A stretch of 64,000 nt of DNA from a bacterium. GTDB lineage: Bacteria; UBA8248; JACPRG01; G963555815. The notes beneath the pieces were generated by a model. That model was not told the origin of the DNA. It saw only the letters and a program-made list of their open reading frames with translations, and ran no database searches. The first letter of the stretch is position 1. Each line of letters begins with the position of its first letter. The position numbers and the translations under genes were made by a program. Below, in pieces: positions 1-9,623 of the stretch. The stretch covers positions 576,001-640,000 of the forward strand of contig CBDHDG010000005.1 of the NCBI GenBank assembly GCA_965261595.1, given 5' to 3'.

Positions 1-469
1 TCCCCCGCGCGCCGATCCGCGCCGCCAGCTCGAGGTCCCCCGCCCGGTCCCCCACAACGTAGCTTCGCGCCAGATCCAGGCTTAGGTCCTCGGACGCCCG
101 ATGGGCCAGACCCGGCCGGGGTTTCCGGCACTCGCTGTCCCGGTTGTAGGGCGCGACATTGCCGTGCGGGTGATAAGGGGAGTGGTAATGCGCGTCGATG
201 TGCGCGCCGGATTCCGCCAGCCGGCCCTCGATCTCGCGCCGGACCTCGTCGACGAAGGACTCGGGAAAGTAGCCCGCGCCCACGCCCCCCTGGTTCGTGA
301 CCACGGCGACGGGGATCCCGGCGGCGTTCAGCATCCGGATTCCCTCGGCGCTCCCGGGCAGAAGGGCCAGGCGGCTGATGTGATTGAGGTAACCCATCTC
401 TTCACAAAGGGTCCCGTCCCGGTTCAGGAGGACGCCCGGTCTCAGGGGGGAGGGGGGGGGGGTATCCAT
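1..469 (-). CDS. gmhB: GmhB-like HAD-IIIA phosphatase (D,D-heptose 1,7-bisphosphate phosphatase family); 3' end runs off the window; atypical motif I
   Basis: Not in the ORF track. Manual translation from ATG 469 gives MDTPPPSPLRPGVLLNRDGTLCEEMGYLNH...VVTNQGG...HSPYHP...ECRKPRPG...VVGDRAGD. It lies directly downstream of waaF. Confidence 0.85.
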   Translation of the reverse strand, partial: MDTPPPSPLRPGVLLNRDGTLCEEMGYLNHISRLALLPGSAEGIRMLNAAGIPVAVVTNQGGVGAGYFPESFVDEVRREIEGRLAESGAHIDAHYHSPYHPHGNVAPYNRDSECRKPRPGLAHRASEDLSLDLARSYVVGDRAGDLELAARIGARG

Positions 470-1502
470 GGCTCACTCCCGCGCCCGCCCGGCTGGAAGC
501 GGAGACGCGGAGGATGTTCCGGACGGCCCGGCAGACTTCATCCACGGCCGTCTCCTCCATGCATTCGTGGCCGTAAGGGCACTGTTTCAGGAAGCAGGGC
601 GAGCAGGACAGGTCGCGCCGCAGGACGGTGTGGCGGTCCCCCAGCGGTCCGGTGCGTTCCGGGTCGGTCGGTCCGAACAGGGCCACAACGGGCGTTCCAA
701 CGGCAGCGGCGATATGCATCGGGCCGGTGTCTCCGGTCAACAGGACGGAGAACCGCTGGAGCAGGGCGGGGAGGAAGGCCAACCGGTCTTTTCCCGCCAG
801 ATCCACGGACCCGGTTTTCATGAGCGACGCGATCCGGGCGGTCAGCGGACCCTCTTCCGGGCTTCCGAGCAGGACGATGCGGACCCCCTCGGATTCGGCC
901 AGCTCGTCCGCCGCCGCGGCGAACCGCTCGGCCGGCCAAAGCTTCGTGGCCCCGAATTTCGCCCCCGGCTGAATCCCAACGACCGGCTCTTCGGGATCGA
1001 TTCCGTGCTGGAGGAAGACCTCACCGGCAAAGGTTTCGGCCTCCCGGGAGACGGCGACGCGGGGGGTGCGGGAGGTGACGCTCACGCCGGCCGCCTCCAG
1101 GAGCCCCAGGTATTCGTCCACCTGATGCCGTCCGCCGCCGCGGGGGGGGGGGCGGGGGACCGGGTCCGTGAGGAGGATGGACCGGCCGTCCCGTCGGTAT
1201 CCGACCCGCCGGCGCGCTCCGGCGGCGAGGGCCAGCAGGGCCCCCCGAATCGAGTTGGGCAGGATGAACGCAAGGTCCATCCGGTCCCGCCTGAAGGAGG
1301 CGGCGGCGCGGAAATCCGCCGCCCCTCCGGGCCGAAGCCGAAGCGCGTCCACGTCGGGATGGCCGATCAGGATGTCCCCGGCCCAGACCGTGGACAGGCA
1401 ATGGATCTTCGCGGCCGGAAAGGCCGAGCGCAGGTTCGCGAGGACGGGGGTCGCCAGGACGGTGTCGCCCACCCAGGTCGGCCCCACGATGAGGATGTTC
1501 AT
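402..1502 (-). CDS. waaF: Lipopolysaccharide heptosyltransferase II (GT9)
   Basis: MNILIVGPTWVGDTVL..., PGAKFGATKLWP, TGDTGPMHIAAAVGTPVVALFGPT, CSPCFLKQCP. The ATG at 1502 overlaps the lpxL stop (ATGA). Confidence 0.92.
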   Translation of the reverse strand: MNILIVGPTWVGDTVLATPVLANLRSAFPAAKIHCLSTVWAGDILIGHPDVDALRLRPGGAADFRAAASFRRDRMDLAFILPNSIRGALLALAAGARRRVGYRRDGRSILLTDPVPRPPPRGGGRHQVDEYLGLLEAAGVSVTSRTPRVAVSREAETFAGEVFLQHGIDPEEPVVGIQPGAKFGATKLWPAERFAAAADELAESEGVRIVLLGSPEEGPLTARIASLMKTGSVDLAGKDRLAFLPALLQRFSVLLTGDTGPMHIAAAVGTPVVALFGPTDPERTGPLGDRHTVLRRDLSCSPCFLKQCPYGHECMEETAVDEVCRAVRNILRVSASSRAGAGVSHGYPPPLPPETGRPPEPGRDPL

Positions 1503-2521
1503 GGGGAAACCCCCGATCCGTCCGTCCGGCCCGCACCGGAGGCGCCCGCGGGAAGTCCGCCGCCGGCGGGCGCGGCGCGGCGTCCGTCGGCCGGGCCGGG
1601 CGCGGCTTGGGTCCGCCACCTCCGGTGTATCCAGAGCCAGTGATCGGGGTGCGCCCGGATGGCGTCTTCGACCGCTTGGGTGTGCCGCGCGGTGTTGGCC
1701 TCGAGATCGGCTTGAAGGTCTCCGGTCCGAATGGTTGGGATCTCCCGGCCGAAGACCAGGCGGTGCCGGAAGGGGGCCTGCCGGATGATAAAGCCCGGGA
1801 ATACGGCGGCCCCGGTCCGCAGGGCGAGCGCGGCCGACAGGGGCGTGGTGCACGCCGGTTTCCCGAAGAAGTCGACGAACACCCCCTCGCGGTGGATCAT
1901 GTTCTGGTCGATGAGGACCCCCAACATCTCTCCGGCCCGCAGCCGCCGGAGGGCGTTGCGGACGATTCCCCGCCGCGTGAGCACCCGGCATCCGTAACGG
2001 CCGCGAAGCCTGTTCAGGGATTGATCCAGCAAGCGGTTGTCGAGGGGCCGAACGATCAAGTTGATTGGCCCATGCGCCCGCGCCCAGGTGAGGAGCATCA
2101 GCTCGAAGTTGCCGAAGTGGCCCGTTACGGCGATCACCCCGCGGCCCTGCGCGAGGGCGTCGAGGAGGGGGCGGTCGCCTTCGATCTCGACCCGGTCGAT
2201 GGCCCCGTCGAGGCCCTTCCGACGCCAAGTCCGGGCCCACTCCACGAAGGTCAAGGCCCACTGGCGATAGGCGCTCCGGACGATGCTCTCCTCCGCCTCC
2301 GGCGTGTTCTCGCCGTGAAAGGCGGCGGCCAGGTTCTCCCTGACCACGGGAAGCCGGATCCCGAGTTTGACCGCGGCCTTCGCGGCGGTTTCGGCCAGGG
2401 CGACGGATTGCCGTTCCCCCGGCGCGCTCAAAGCGAAAACCAGGGAGCGCAAAGCGGCCCACTCGAGGACATCCAGGGTCCGGGAGTGAAAATTTCTCTT
2501 TTTTCTGCGCCTTTTTCCCAT
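1499..2521 (-). CDS. lpxL: Lipid A biosynthesis acyltransferase (HtrB/LpxL family)
   Basis: TGHFGNFEL, LIDQ, VDFFG and HWLWIHRRW motifs. Confidence 0.88.
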   Translation of the reverse strand: MGKRRRKKRNFHSRTLDVLEWAALRSLVFALSAPGERQSVALAETAAKAAVKLGIRLPVVRENLAAAFHGENTPEAEESIVRSAYRQWALTFVEWARTWRRKGLDGAIDRVEIEGDRPLLDALAQGRGVIAVTGHFGNFELMLLTWARAHGPINLIVRPLDNRLLDQSLNRLRGRYGCRVLTRRGIVRNALRRLRAGEMLGVLIDQNMIHREGVFVDFFGKPACTTPLSAALALRTGAAVFPGFIIRQAPFRHRLVFGREIPTIRTGDLQADLEANTARHTQAVEDAIRAHPDHWLWIHRRWRTQAAPGPADGRRAAPAGGGLPAGASGAGRTDGSGVSP

Positions 2522-2695
2522 TGCGGCGCGATGCCAATCCTTAGGATGTACGACGGGTTATTAAACCAAGACAGCGAATTCCTTGTCAATATGGTCCATT
2601 TGGGACCGGACGCAAAATGCTTTCAAAATCAATTAGTTTTAAGCTTCAGGGGGGGAAGCGGCATTTCCTTTACTTCCTCGGATCACTGAATTAAT

Positions 2696-3937
2696 ATGCC
2701 GGGAAATCCGGAGGGATCTCCTTTGCGCATCATCACACGCTACATCTTCAAAGAACTGGCCTCCTACATGATGATGGGGCTGCTGATTTTCACCTTTGTC
2801 CTGTTCATGAACCAGATTCTCCACTTTACTGACCTGGTGATCAACAAAGGCTTGCCCTTCGGGACGGTGTTCAAGATGATGCTGGTGATTTCCCCTTCGT
2901 TTCTCCTCGTAACGATTCCGATGGCGTTTCTGGTCTCCACGGTGATGACGTTCAGCCGGATGTCGGCCGACAGCGAGAACGTCGCCCTCCGCGCGGTGGG
3001 CATGAGCTTTTACCGCCAGCTTGCGCCGGTGGGGATCTTGTCCATCCTCTGCTATCTGGCTTCCAACTTCCTGGTGTTTTACGCCTTGCCCTGGAGCGAG
3101 GACCAGTTCAACGAGCTCCGCTTCAAGTTGGTCAATGCGGGCGCCGCGACGACCTCCATCAAGGAGCGGGTGTTCAACGACGACTTCGACGGGTTGATCC
3201 TCTATGTCAACGAAAAGCCGGCGCAAGAGGAGGTCATGAAGGGGATCTTGATTTATGACAGCCGTACACAGGAGAATCCGCAGACCATCGTTGCGGAAGA
3301 GGGTGTTCTGGTCTCCAACCCGGAATCGCTCAAGGTGTCGCTACGGCTGCGAAACGGATCGATCCATCAGGCCATGGAGGCGCAGGGCAAGTATCAGGTC
3401 ATCCGGTTCACCACCTACGAGGTCAACCTGGACACCCGGTCCCTGATGGGCGACACCGGCAAACTGGAACGCGCCGGCAAGAACCATTCCCTGTATGTGA
3501 TCCGGGAAAAACTGAAGCGGTACAAAAAGGACAACCCGAGGTACAACAACCTCCTGGTGGAGTATTACAAGAAATTCTCTCTGCCGGCCGTGTGTCTGAT
3601 CATCGGTTTTGTGGGCGCCCCCTTGGGCATCCGAAACCGGCGGTCGGGGAGATCCGGAGGGCTGGCCCTCAGCCTCGCCATCATCATTTTCTACTATGTC
3701 ATGCTCTCCATGGGAGAGGGTCTCGGAGACGGCGGATTCATGCCCCCCCTGATAGCCATGTGGTTTCCGAATTTGGTGCTGGCCGCCATCGGATTTTATC
3801 TCACGCGCAAGGTCCAGACGGACTCCCCCTTCCAGTTCGCCGAAACGATCGCTGAGCGCATGGAGGTGTTGCTGGCGGCGCTGCGGACGAAGTTCTTTCC
3901 ACAAGGGCTGAAACCGGAGAAAGGAGGACAGGCGTGA
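2696..3937 (+). CDS. lptF: LPS export ABC permease LptF
   Basis: RIITRYIFKEL N-terminus, RMSADSENVALRAVG, YjgP/YjgQ topology; paired with lptG. The start may be the TTG near 2723. Confidence 0.9.
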   Translation: MPGNPEGSPLRIITRYIFKELASYMMMGLLIFTFVLFMNQILHFTDLVINKGLPFGTVFKMMLVISPSFLLVTIPMAFLVSTVMTFSRMSADSENVALRAVGMSFYRQLAPVGILSILCYLASNFLVFYALPWSEDQFNELRFKLVNAGAATTSIKERVFNDDFDGLILYVNEKPAQEEVMKGILIYDSRTQENPQTIVAEEGVLVSNPESLKVSLRLRNGSIHQAMEAQGKYQVIRFTTYEVNLDTRSLMGDTGKLERAGKNHSLYVIREKLKRYKKDNPRYNNLLVEYYKKFSLPAVCLIIGFVGAPLGIRNRRSGRSGGLALSLAIIIFYYVMLSMGEGLGDGGFMPPLIAMWFPNLVLAAIGFYLTRKVQTDSPFQFAETIAERMEVLLAALRTKFFPQGLKPEKGGQA

Positions 3938-5016
3938 GGTTGGTGACCCGCTATGTGGGCGCCCAGTTTCTTCGCGTCTTTCTGGTCGGTCTCCTGGCAT
4001 TTCTCGCCATCTACCTGATTGTCGAGTTTTTTGAGCGCGTCGACGATTTCCTGGAAAAGGGGACCCCGTTCCGGCAGGCCGTCGGCTATTTCGTATACAA
4101 GATCCCCCAGATTCTCATGCAAATCAGCCCGGCGGCCATCCTCCTCGCGTCGGTGTTCTCCCTGCTGATCCTGGGACACAACAACGAGATTACGGCCATG
4201 CGGGCCTGCGGCCTGAGCCTGTACCGGATCTCCCTGCCCATCCTGGTCTTGGGGGCGATCGGAAGCGGTCTGTTGTTCTTCGCGGGGGAGTACCTGCTCC
4301 CGATCACCAATAAGAAGGTCAACTACATCATTCAGGTCTACGTCAAAAAGCGGCCCCCGAAGGGCGTCATCCGGAAGAATAAGATCTGGTATCGGTCGGA
4401 TAACCGGACCATCTGGCAAATCGAATCCTTCGATCCGGACCGCAATATTCTCAAGGGCGTCACCTTGTACCGCCTGTCCACCGAGGGCCGGCTCCTGGAG
4501 CGGCTCGACGCCAAAACGGTGACCTGGGACGGCAAGCTGTGGATATTCCGGGACGGACAGCACCGGAAATTCCCGCGCAAAGGCCAGTTGGAGTCCCAGG
4601 CCTTCACCGAAGCCCAGGTTGATATCCCCGAGCGGCCCAAAGACTTTCTGCAAATCAAGAAAGAGCCCGGTGAGATGGACCTGGGCGAGATGCGGGAATA
4701 CATCCGGGGCCTGCGCGCCAACGGCGTGGACGAAACCAAGTACGTTGTGGACTTCCACGCCAAGCTCGCCTACCCCCTGGTGGGGCTGATTATGGCGCTG
4801 GTGGGCATCCCGTTCTCCCTGGAAACGGGGCGCAGCGGCGGACTCGCCCGAAGCATCCTCTTGACCCTGGCGATCGGGTTCAGTTACTTCATCCTCTTTT
4901 ACGCGGGCCTTTCCCTCGGGCACGCGGGGATTCTCCCGGCCATCATCGCCGCCTGGTCGACCAACGTCATCTTCCTGGCCACCGGCGTCTACATGATGGC
5001 GACGGTCCGGGGATAG
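3934..5016 (+). CDS. lptG: LPS export ABC permease LptG
   Basis: NNEITAMRACGLS, KLAYPL and AAWSTN; GTGA overlap with lptF. Confidence 0.9.
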   Translation: MRLVTRYVGAQFLRVFLVGLLAFLAIYLIVEFFERVDDFLEKGTPFRQAVGYFVYKIPQILMQISPAAILLASVFSLLILGHNNEITAMRACGLSLYRISLPILVLGAIGSGLLFFAGEYLLPITNKKVNYIIQVYVKKRPPKGVIRKNKIWYRSDNRTIWQIESFDPDRNILKGVTLYRLSTEGRLLERLDAKTVTWDGKLWIFRDGQHRKFPRKGQLESQAFTEAQVDIPERPKDFLQIKKEPGEMDLGEMREYIRGLRANGVDETKYVVDFHAKLAYPLVGLIMALVGIPFSLETGRSGGLARSILLTLAIGFSYFILFYAGLSLGHAGILPAIIAAWSTNVIFLATGVYMMATVRG

Positions 5017-5050
5017 GAACGGCCGCGACACCCGCTCACCCCCCCGGCGG

Positions 5051-6202
5051 TCAGCCGGGGCCGCGCGTCCAGTCCTCCCAATGCGGCTCGCCCGAGAGGA
5101 TCTCGAGCCGAAGCCGCAGCGACCAGGCGGGCGGATCCCCCCCCCCCCCCCTTTTTTCTCCCCCCGGCCAAAGCCGGAGCTTGACCGCGTCCTTTTCCGT
5201 GGTGAGCAGACCCTCGGCGCCGGCCGTCCTCGCGCGCTCGCGCAGGTGCGCCGCCTCCGCCGGGGTGTACACGTGATGGTCGGGGAACGACGCAAGACCC
5301 GCCACTTCGAGCCCGGCTTGGATGGCTGTTTGCCGAAAACCCGACGGACGCGCAATCCCGCAGACCAGGAAGACACGCTTGCCGATCGGGTCGATCTCCT
5401 CGCCGGATTCCAGGTCCCGGACGCCGTCGGGAACGAAGCGGCTGACGACGATGGGCAGCGCGGGATATTCCCGCCGGAGCCGCGCTTGCGTTTCGGGTTC
5501 CGGCGAATCGGCGCGGGTGATCAGGATGCCGTCGGCGCGGGCGGACGCCCCTCGCGGCTCGCGCAGCGTCCCGCGGGGGAGCAGGCGCCCGTTTCCGTAG
5601 GGCCGGTCGGCGTCCAAGAGAAGGAGGTTCAGATCCCGGTCCAGCTGGACGTGCTGAAACCCGTCGTCGAGGAGGACCCCTTCCACGCCGAACTCGGCCG
5701 CCGCGCGCTCGCCCAACGCGTATCGATCCTTGCCCGTCAGGACGGGAACGCCGGGCAGGCGGGAAGCCAGCAGATACGCCTCGTCCGCGGCCTCGGGGGG
5801 GTGAACCCGGAGGTTCTCTCCGTCCGAGACGACCGTCACCGGTCCGGGCGCCCGTCCCCCCCACCCGCGGCTCAGGACGGCCACCTTCCGTCCCCGCCGG
5901 GTCAGCGCCCGGGCCACCGAAAGGACCACCGGCGTCTTCCCGGTCCCCCCCGCCGTGAGGTTGCCGACGCTGATCACCCAGCAGGGCAGCTTCCGCGTTT
6001 TGAAGATCCCCGCCCGATAGGCGGACATTCGGGACGCGTGCCCCGCGCCGTAGAGCCAGGAGGCGGCGAGGAGGCCGCCCTTCACGATTTTCCCCCACGG
6101 GCCGCCCGGCAGCCGGTCTTCCTGCAAGGCGATCCCCGTTCGTCCGGCCCCGGCGGCCCCGGCCCTCCGCCATTTGGACCCGTTGGGAGGAGAGGGCGTC
6201 AC
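5051..6202 (-). CDS. lpxK: Tetraacyldisaccharide 4'-kinase
   Basis: VGNLTAGGTGKTP, LLDDGFQH, LLPRGTLRE, FPDHH and TTEKDAVK. Confidence 0.95.
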   Translation of the reverse strand: MTPSPPNGSKWRRAGAAGAGRTGIALQEDRLPGGPWGKIVKGGLLAASWLYGAGHASRMSAYRAGIFKTRKLPCWVISVGNLTAGGTGKTPVVLSVARALTRRGRKVAVLSRGWGGRAPGPVTVVSDGENLRVHPPEAADEAYLLASRLPGVPVLTGKDRYALGERAAAEFGVEGVLLDDGFQHVQLDRDLNLLLLDADRPYGNGRLLPRGTLREPRGASARADGILITRADSPEPETQARLRREYPALPIVVSRFVPDGVRDLESGEEIDPIGKRVFLVCGIARPSGFRQTAIQAGLEVAGLASFPDHHVYTPAEAAHLRERARTAGAEGLLTTEKDAVKLRLWPGGEKRGGGGDPPAWSLRLRLEILSGEPHWEDWTRGPG

Positions 6203-6204
6203 GC

Positions 6205-7549
6205 TCAGGTCCTCCCCGCGGAGATTTCGGCGACCCAGTCCGCGTAGCGCTCGGCGGCCCCCGCCTGGGCGCGGACGACGCGTCTGCCGCGATCGCCCAT
6301 CGCCCGGGCCGTTTCCGGGGAATCCAGGATCCGGCCGACCGCCTCCGCCAGCCGTGACGCGGCGCCGTCGAGGGGCCCGCTGATTTGGAGCGCCGCGGAC
6401 ATTCCCCCTCGCCCCTCTCCCCCCCCGGGGGGCGTTTCCAGCAAAGCCCGCGCGGCCTCTTCGAAATTCTCCATGTGTTCACCGAACAGGACGGGAATTC
6501 CGATCCCCGCCGGTTCCAGCGGATTCTGCCCCCCCCACGGAAACAGGCTGCCCCCCAAGAAGGCCACGTCGCCGGCGCGGTAGGCCCAGGCGAGCTCCCC
6601 CACTGTGTTCAGGATCACGACCGGCGCGCGGGCCGGTCCCCCCCCCCCCCCCTCCTTTCCGCAAAAGGTGCGGGACCTTCCGGCCGCGGAGCAGGTCCGC
6701 GACGGCCCCCGCGCGGTCCGGACGGCGCGGGGCCAGGATGAGCTGGAGGGACGGATGGGTTGTCAGAAGCGACCGGTAGGCGTCCACGACCGGGGCTTCT
6801 TCCTTGGGATGAACGCTCCCGGCCACCCAGACGGGCGCGTCCCCCGAAAGGCCCAGCGCCTTCCGGACGGCGGTTTTCTCCTCCGGCCCCGGCGGCTCCG
6901 ATTCGGCCGCGCCGTCGAATTTCAGGTTGCCCATCACGCGGACCCGCTCCGGGGGCGCGCCGAGGCGGGTGACGCGGCGCGCGTCGGCTTCGGACTGCGC
7001 GCCGAAGCCGGTCACCTTCGAGAGCGCCCGGGCCATCAAGGGCCGGACGCGGAGGTATCGCCGGAAGGAGCGGGGCGAGATCCTGCCGTTCACGATGACC
7101 GTCGGGATCCCTTCGGCGAAAAGACGCCACAGGAAGTTAGGCCAGATTTCGGTTTCCAGGACGACGACCAGGCGGGGCTTGACGCGGCGGACGGCCGCGG
7201 CCACCGGACCGGGGAGGTCGAGCGGAAAGTAAATTCGGGCGTCGGCCTCGGGGATCCGGCGGACGCCGGCCTCCCGCCCGGTTTCCGTCACCGTGGAAAG
7301 GACAAGCCGCCAACCGGGCAGTTTGCGTTTCAGCGCCTGGACGAAAGGGGCCGCCGCGTGGACCTCTCCCACGGACACGGCGTGCAGCCACACTGTGGGC
7401 GTGTCGCCGGGGGCGGCGGACAGATCGGGAAACCCCAGCCGGTCCCGAAGCCCCCGCCGGACCTTCCCCCGAAACAGGGCTTGAAAGATCCAGTAAGCGG
7501 CCAGGATCGGCAATCCCGCGGCCAGGAGCAGGTTGTAAAGAAAGTACAT
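6205..7549 (-). CDS. waaA: Kdo transferase WaaA/KdtA; reading frame broken at a G15 tract (6638-6652)
   Basis: The N-terminal part (WLHAVSVGE, ETEIWPN, GNLKFD, APRRPDR) is in ORF 6479-7549. The C-terminal part (ILNTVGELAWAY, GGQNPLEPA) is in ORF 6205-6618. G14 or G17 would join them. Confidence 0.9.
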
Positions 7550-7632
7550 GTTTTACCGGTCTTTCCCGAAAAGGTCCCCGGCGGCTCCTTCAGGGAGGGG
7601 CTCCGGGGCCGCCGCCTCGCGACGCCGGGCGC

Positions 7633-8409
7633 TCACGGGCCTCCGCCCGGTGCGTTGGAGGGCTCCGGATCGGGCCCGCCGCCCGGACCCGGAGGCAGGG
7701 GTTTTTTTCGAACTGCCGCATCGGCCGCCTCGAGCGTCCAGGCCATTTCCGCCTCCAGCGCTCGGCGCTTTTCTTCCAGCAAGGCTTCGTCCGCGTCGGG
7801 CGGGACCCTCACCGGCCTGCCGAAGACCACGGCGACGCGGGTGAAAGGGCAGGGCAGGCAGAAGCGGTCCCAGCTTGCGAAGGTCTTTGCCCGCGCCGCG
7901 CCGAAGATGATGGGAATAATCGGCGCCCCCGTCCGGGCGGCGAGATGGATGATCCCCGGCTGGACGCGCCACGCCGGACCCCGGGGTCCATCGGAGGCCA
8001 TCCCGACGTCTTGCCCCGCCCGAAGGGTCTTGATCAACCGCCTCATGGCGGGCGCGCCGCCCTGCGAGGTGGATCCGCGAACGGTCCGGTATCCCAGGGC
8101 CCCCAGGACCCCGGAGAGGACCTCGCCGTCGCGGCTCCGGCTGATGAGGACCGAGGCCCTCGCCTTCCGCCGGAAGTAGGCCGGGTAGAGCATCCTTCCG
8201 TGCCAGAGGGAATAGATGCGGCCCGGCCGCCCGGGGACCCGGGAGGGCTCGCGCTCCGCAAACAGGACTTCGGCCCGGCAGGTCGCCGAGAGGGCGCGGA
8301 GCGCCGCGCCGATGATCCACCCCCCGCACCGGGGAAGGAGGCCGCCGGGACGGCCGGCCGGCGTTCCGAGCGGGCGCTCCCCGGCCGGAATTTCGTTTTT
8401 TTCCTTCAA
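7633..8409 (-). CDS. DUF374 lysophospholipid acyltransferase family (LpxJ-like)
   Basis: SLWHGR, ISRSRDGE, VRGSTSQGG, DGPRGP and SWDRFCLPCPF; TTG start overlaps the lpxB stop. Confidence 0.85.
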   Translation of the reverse strand: MKEKNEIPAGERPLGTPAGRPGGLLPRCGGWIIGAALRALSATCRAEVLFAEREPSRVPGRPGRIYSLWHGRMLYPAYFRRKARASVLISRSRDGEVLSGVLGALGYRTVRGSTSQGGAPAMRRLIKTLRAGQDVGMASDGPRGPAWRVQPGIIHLAARTGAPIIPIIFGAARAKTFASWDRFCLPCPFTRVAVVFGRPVRVPPDADEALLEEKRRALEAEMAWTLEAADAAVRKKPLPPGPGGGPDPEPSNAPGGGP

Positions 8410-9623
8410 GACCCCACCAGCTTTGCGATGACCTCCGCCGCCCGTTCGAAGCACCCCTTGCCCCCGGCGCGCGGTTCTCCGAGGGAGCGGCGGATGTCCC
8501 GGAGTCTACGCTGGACGTGGCCCCTTCTGGAGTCGTCCTCGATGAGACGTCTGATCTCGCGGGCCAAGCGCTCGGGTCTCACCCGGTCCTGGACGAGCTC
8601 CGGAAAAAGTTCTTCTCCGGCCAGGATGTTGACGAGCCCGATGTAATACCGCTCCGGGGGAAGGTTCGACATCCACCGGACAATCGGAAACGATAAGGGG
8701 TGGAACCGGTAAGCCAGGACCGAGGGCGTTCCCAGCAGCCCCGCTTCCAGGATGGCGGTTCCGGACGCCACCATGGCCGCGTCGGCGGCCCGCAGGACGT
8801 CCCGGGCTCCCCCCCCCCCCTCTCCCCCCCGGACCGGATGGACGCCGGCACGCTCCGCCTGCCGGGCGATCGGCTCCCAGGCCAGGGTGTCCGCGATGGG
8901 CAGAAGGAAGCGCGCGCGGGGATGGGACGCCCGGAGAATCCGGGCCGCGTCCAGCATGGGGGGGAGGAGGCCGGACACCTCTCCCCCCCGGCTCCCCGGG
9001 AGGATTCCCACCACCGGACCGCCCGGGTCGGCTTCCAGGCCGAGCCGTTTCCGGGCCGCTTGGAGGTGTTCGGCGGCGCCTCCCTCCCTCCCTCCCCCCC
9101 CCGGCCCCGGCGCGAGGTCCGCGGCGAGGGCGTCGGCGATGGGGTTGCCGACGAACTCCGCGCGGATGCCGAGCCGGCCGAAGAACTCCGGCTCGAAGGG
9201 AAGGATGACGAGCAGCCGATCGATGGACCGGGCCATCCGCCGCGCGCGCCACCGGCCCCAGGCCCAGAGCTGCGGCGCGACGAATTGCACGGTTTTCACA
9301 CCCCGGGCATGAAGTCTCCCGGCCAGGCGCAGGTTGAAGCCGGGATAGTCGATGAGGATCGCGGCGCGGATGTTTCGGTCGCGCACTTCCCGGAGGATCC
9401 GGGCCTCGACCCGGAACAGGGCGGGCAGACGCCTTGCCACCTCGACAATCCCGACGACTTCGAGGTCCTCGACGCCGGCCCATGTCTCCACGCCGGCGGC
9501 CCTCATGTCGGGGCCGGTGACCCCGAAAAGTCTCAGGTTCGGCAGCCGGTCCCGGAGGGCGGCCGCGAGGCCCCCCCCCAGGGCGTCCCCCGAGGCCTCC
9601 CCCGCCACGATCAGGAGTTCAAT
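8406..9623 (-). CDS. lpxB: Lipid A disaccharide synthase; start codon atypical or uncertain
   Basis: LLIVAGEASGD, IDYPGFN, APQLWAW, LPGSRGGE, SGTAILE and PELVQ. Confidence 0.95.
   Translation of the reverse strand: MELLIVAGEASGDALGGGLAAALRDRLPNLRLFGVTGPDMRAAGVETWAGVEDLEVVGIVEVARRLPALFRVEARILREVRDRNIRAAILIDYPGFNLRLAGRLHARGVKTVQFVAPQLWAWGRWRARRMARSIDRLLVILPFEPEFFGRLGIRAEFVGNPIADALAADLAPGPGGGGREGGAAEHLQAARKRLGLEADPGGPVVGILPGSRGGEVSGLLPPMLDAARILRASHPRARFLLPIADTLAWEPIARQAERAGVHPVRGGEGGGGARDVLRAADAAMVASGTAILEAGLLGTPSVLAYRFHPLSFPIVRWMSNLPPERYYIGLVNILAGEELFPELVQDRVRPERLAREIRRLIEDDSRRGHVQRRLRDIRRSLGEPRAGGKGCFERAAEVIAKLVGS

Noticed and set aside
402..2537. 711-aa fusion ORF upstream of waaF
   Set aside because: The N-terminal 345 codons overlap lpxL in another frame. 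The real waaF start is ATG 1502, coupled to the lpxL stop.
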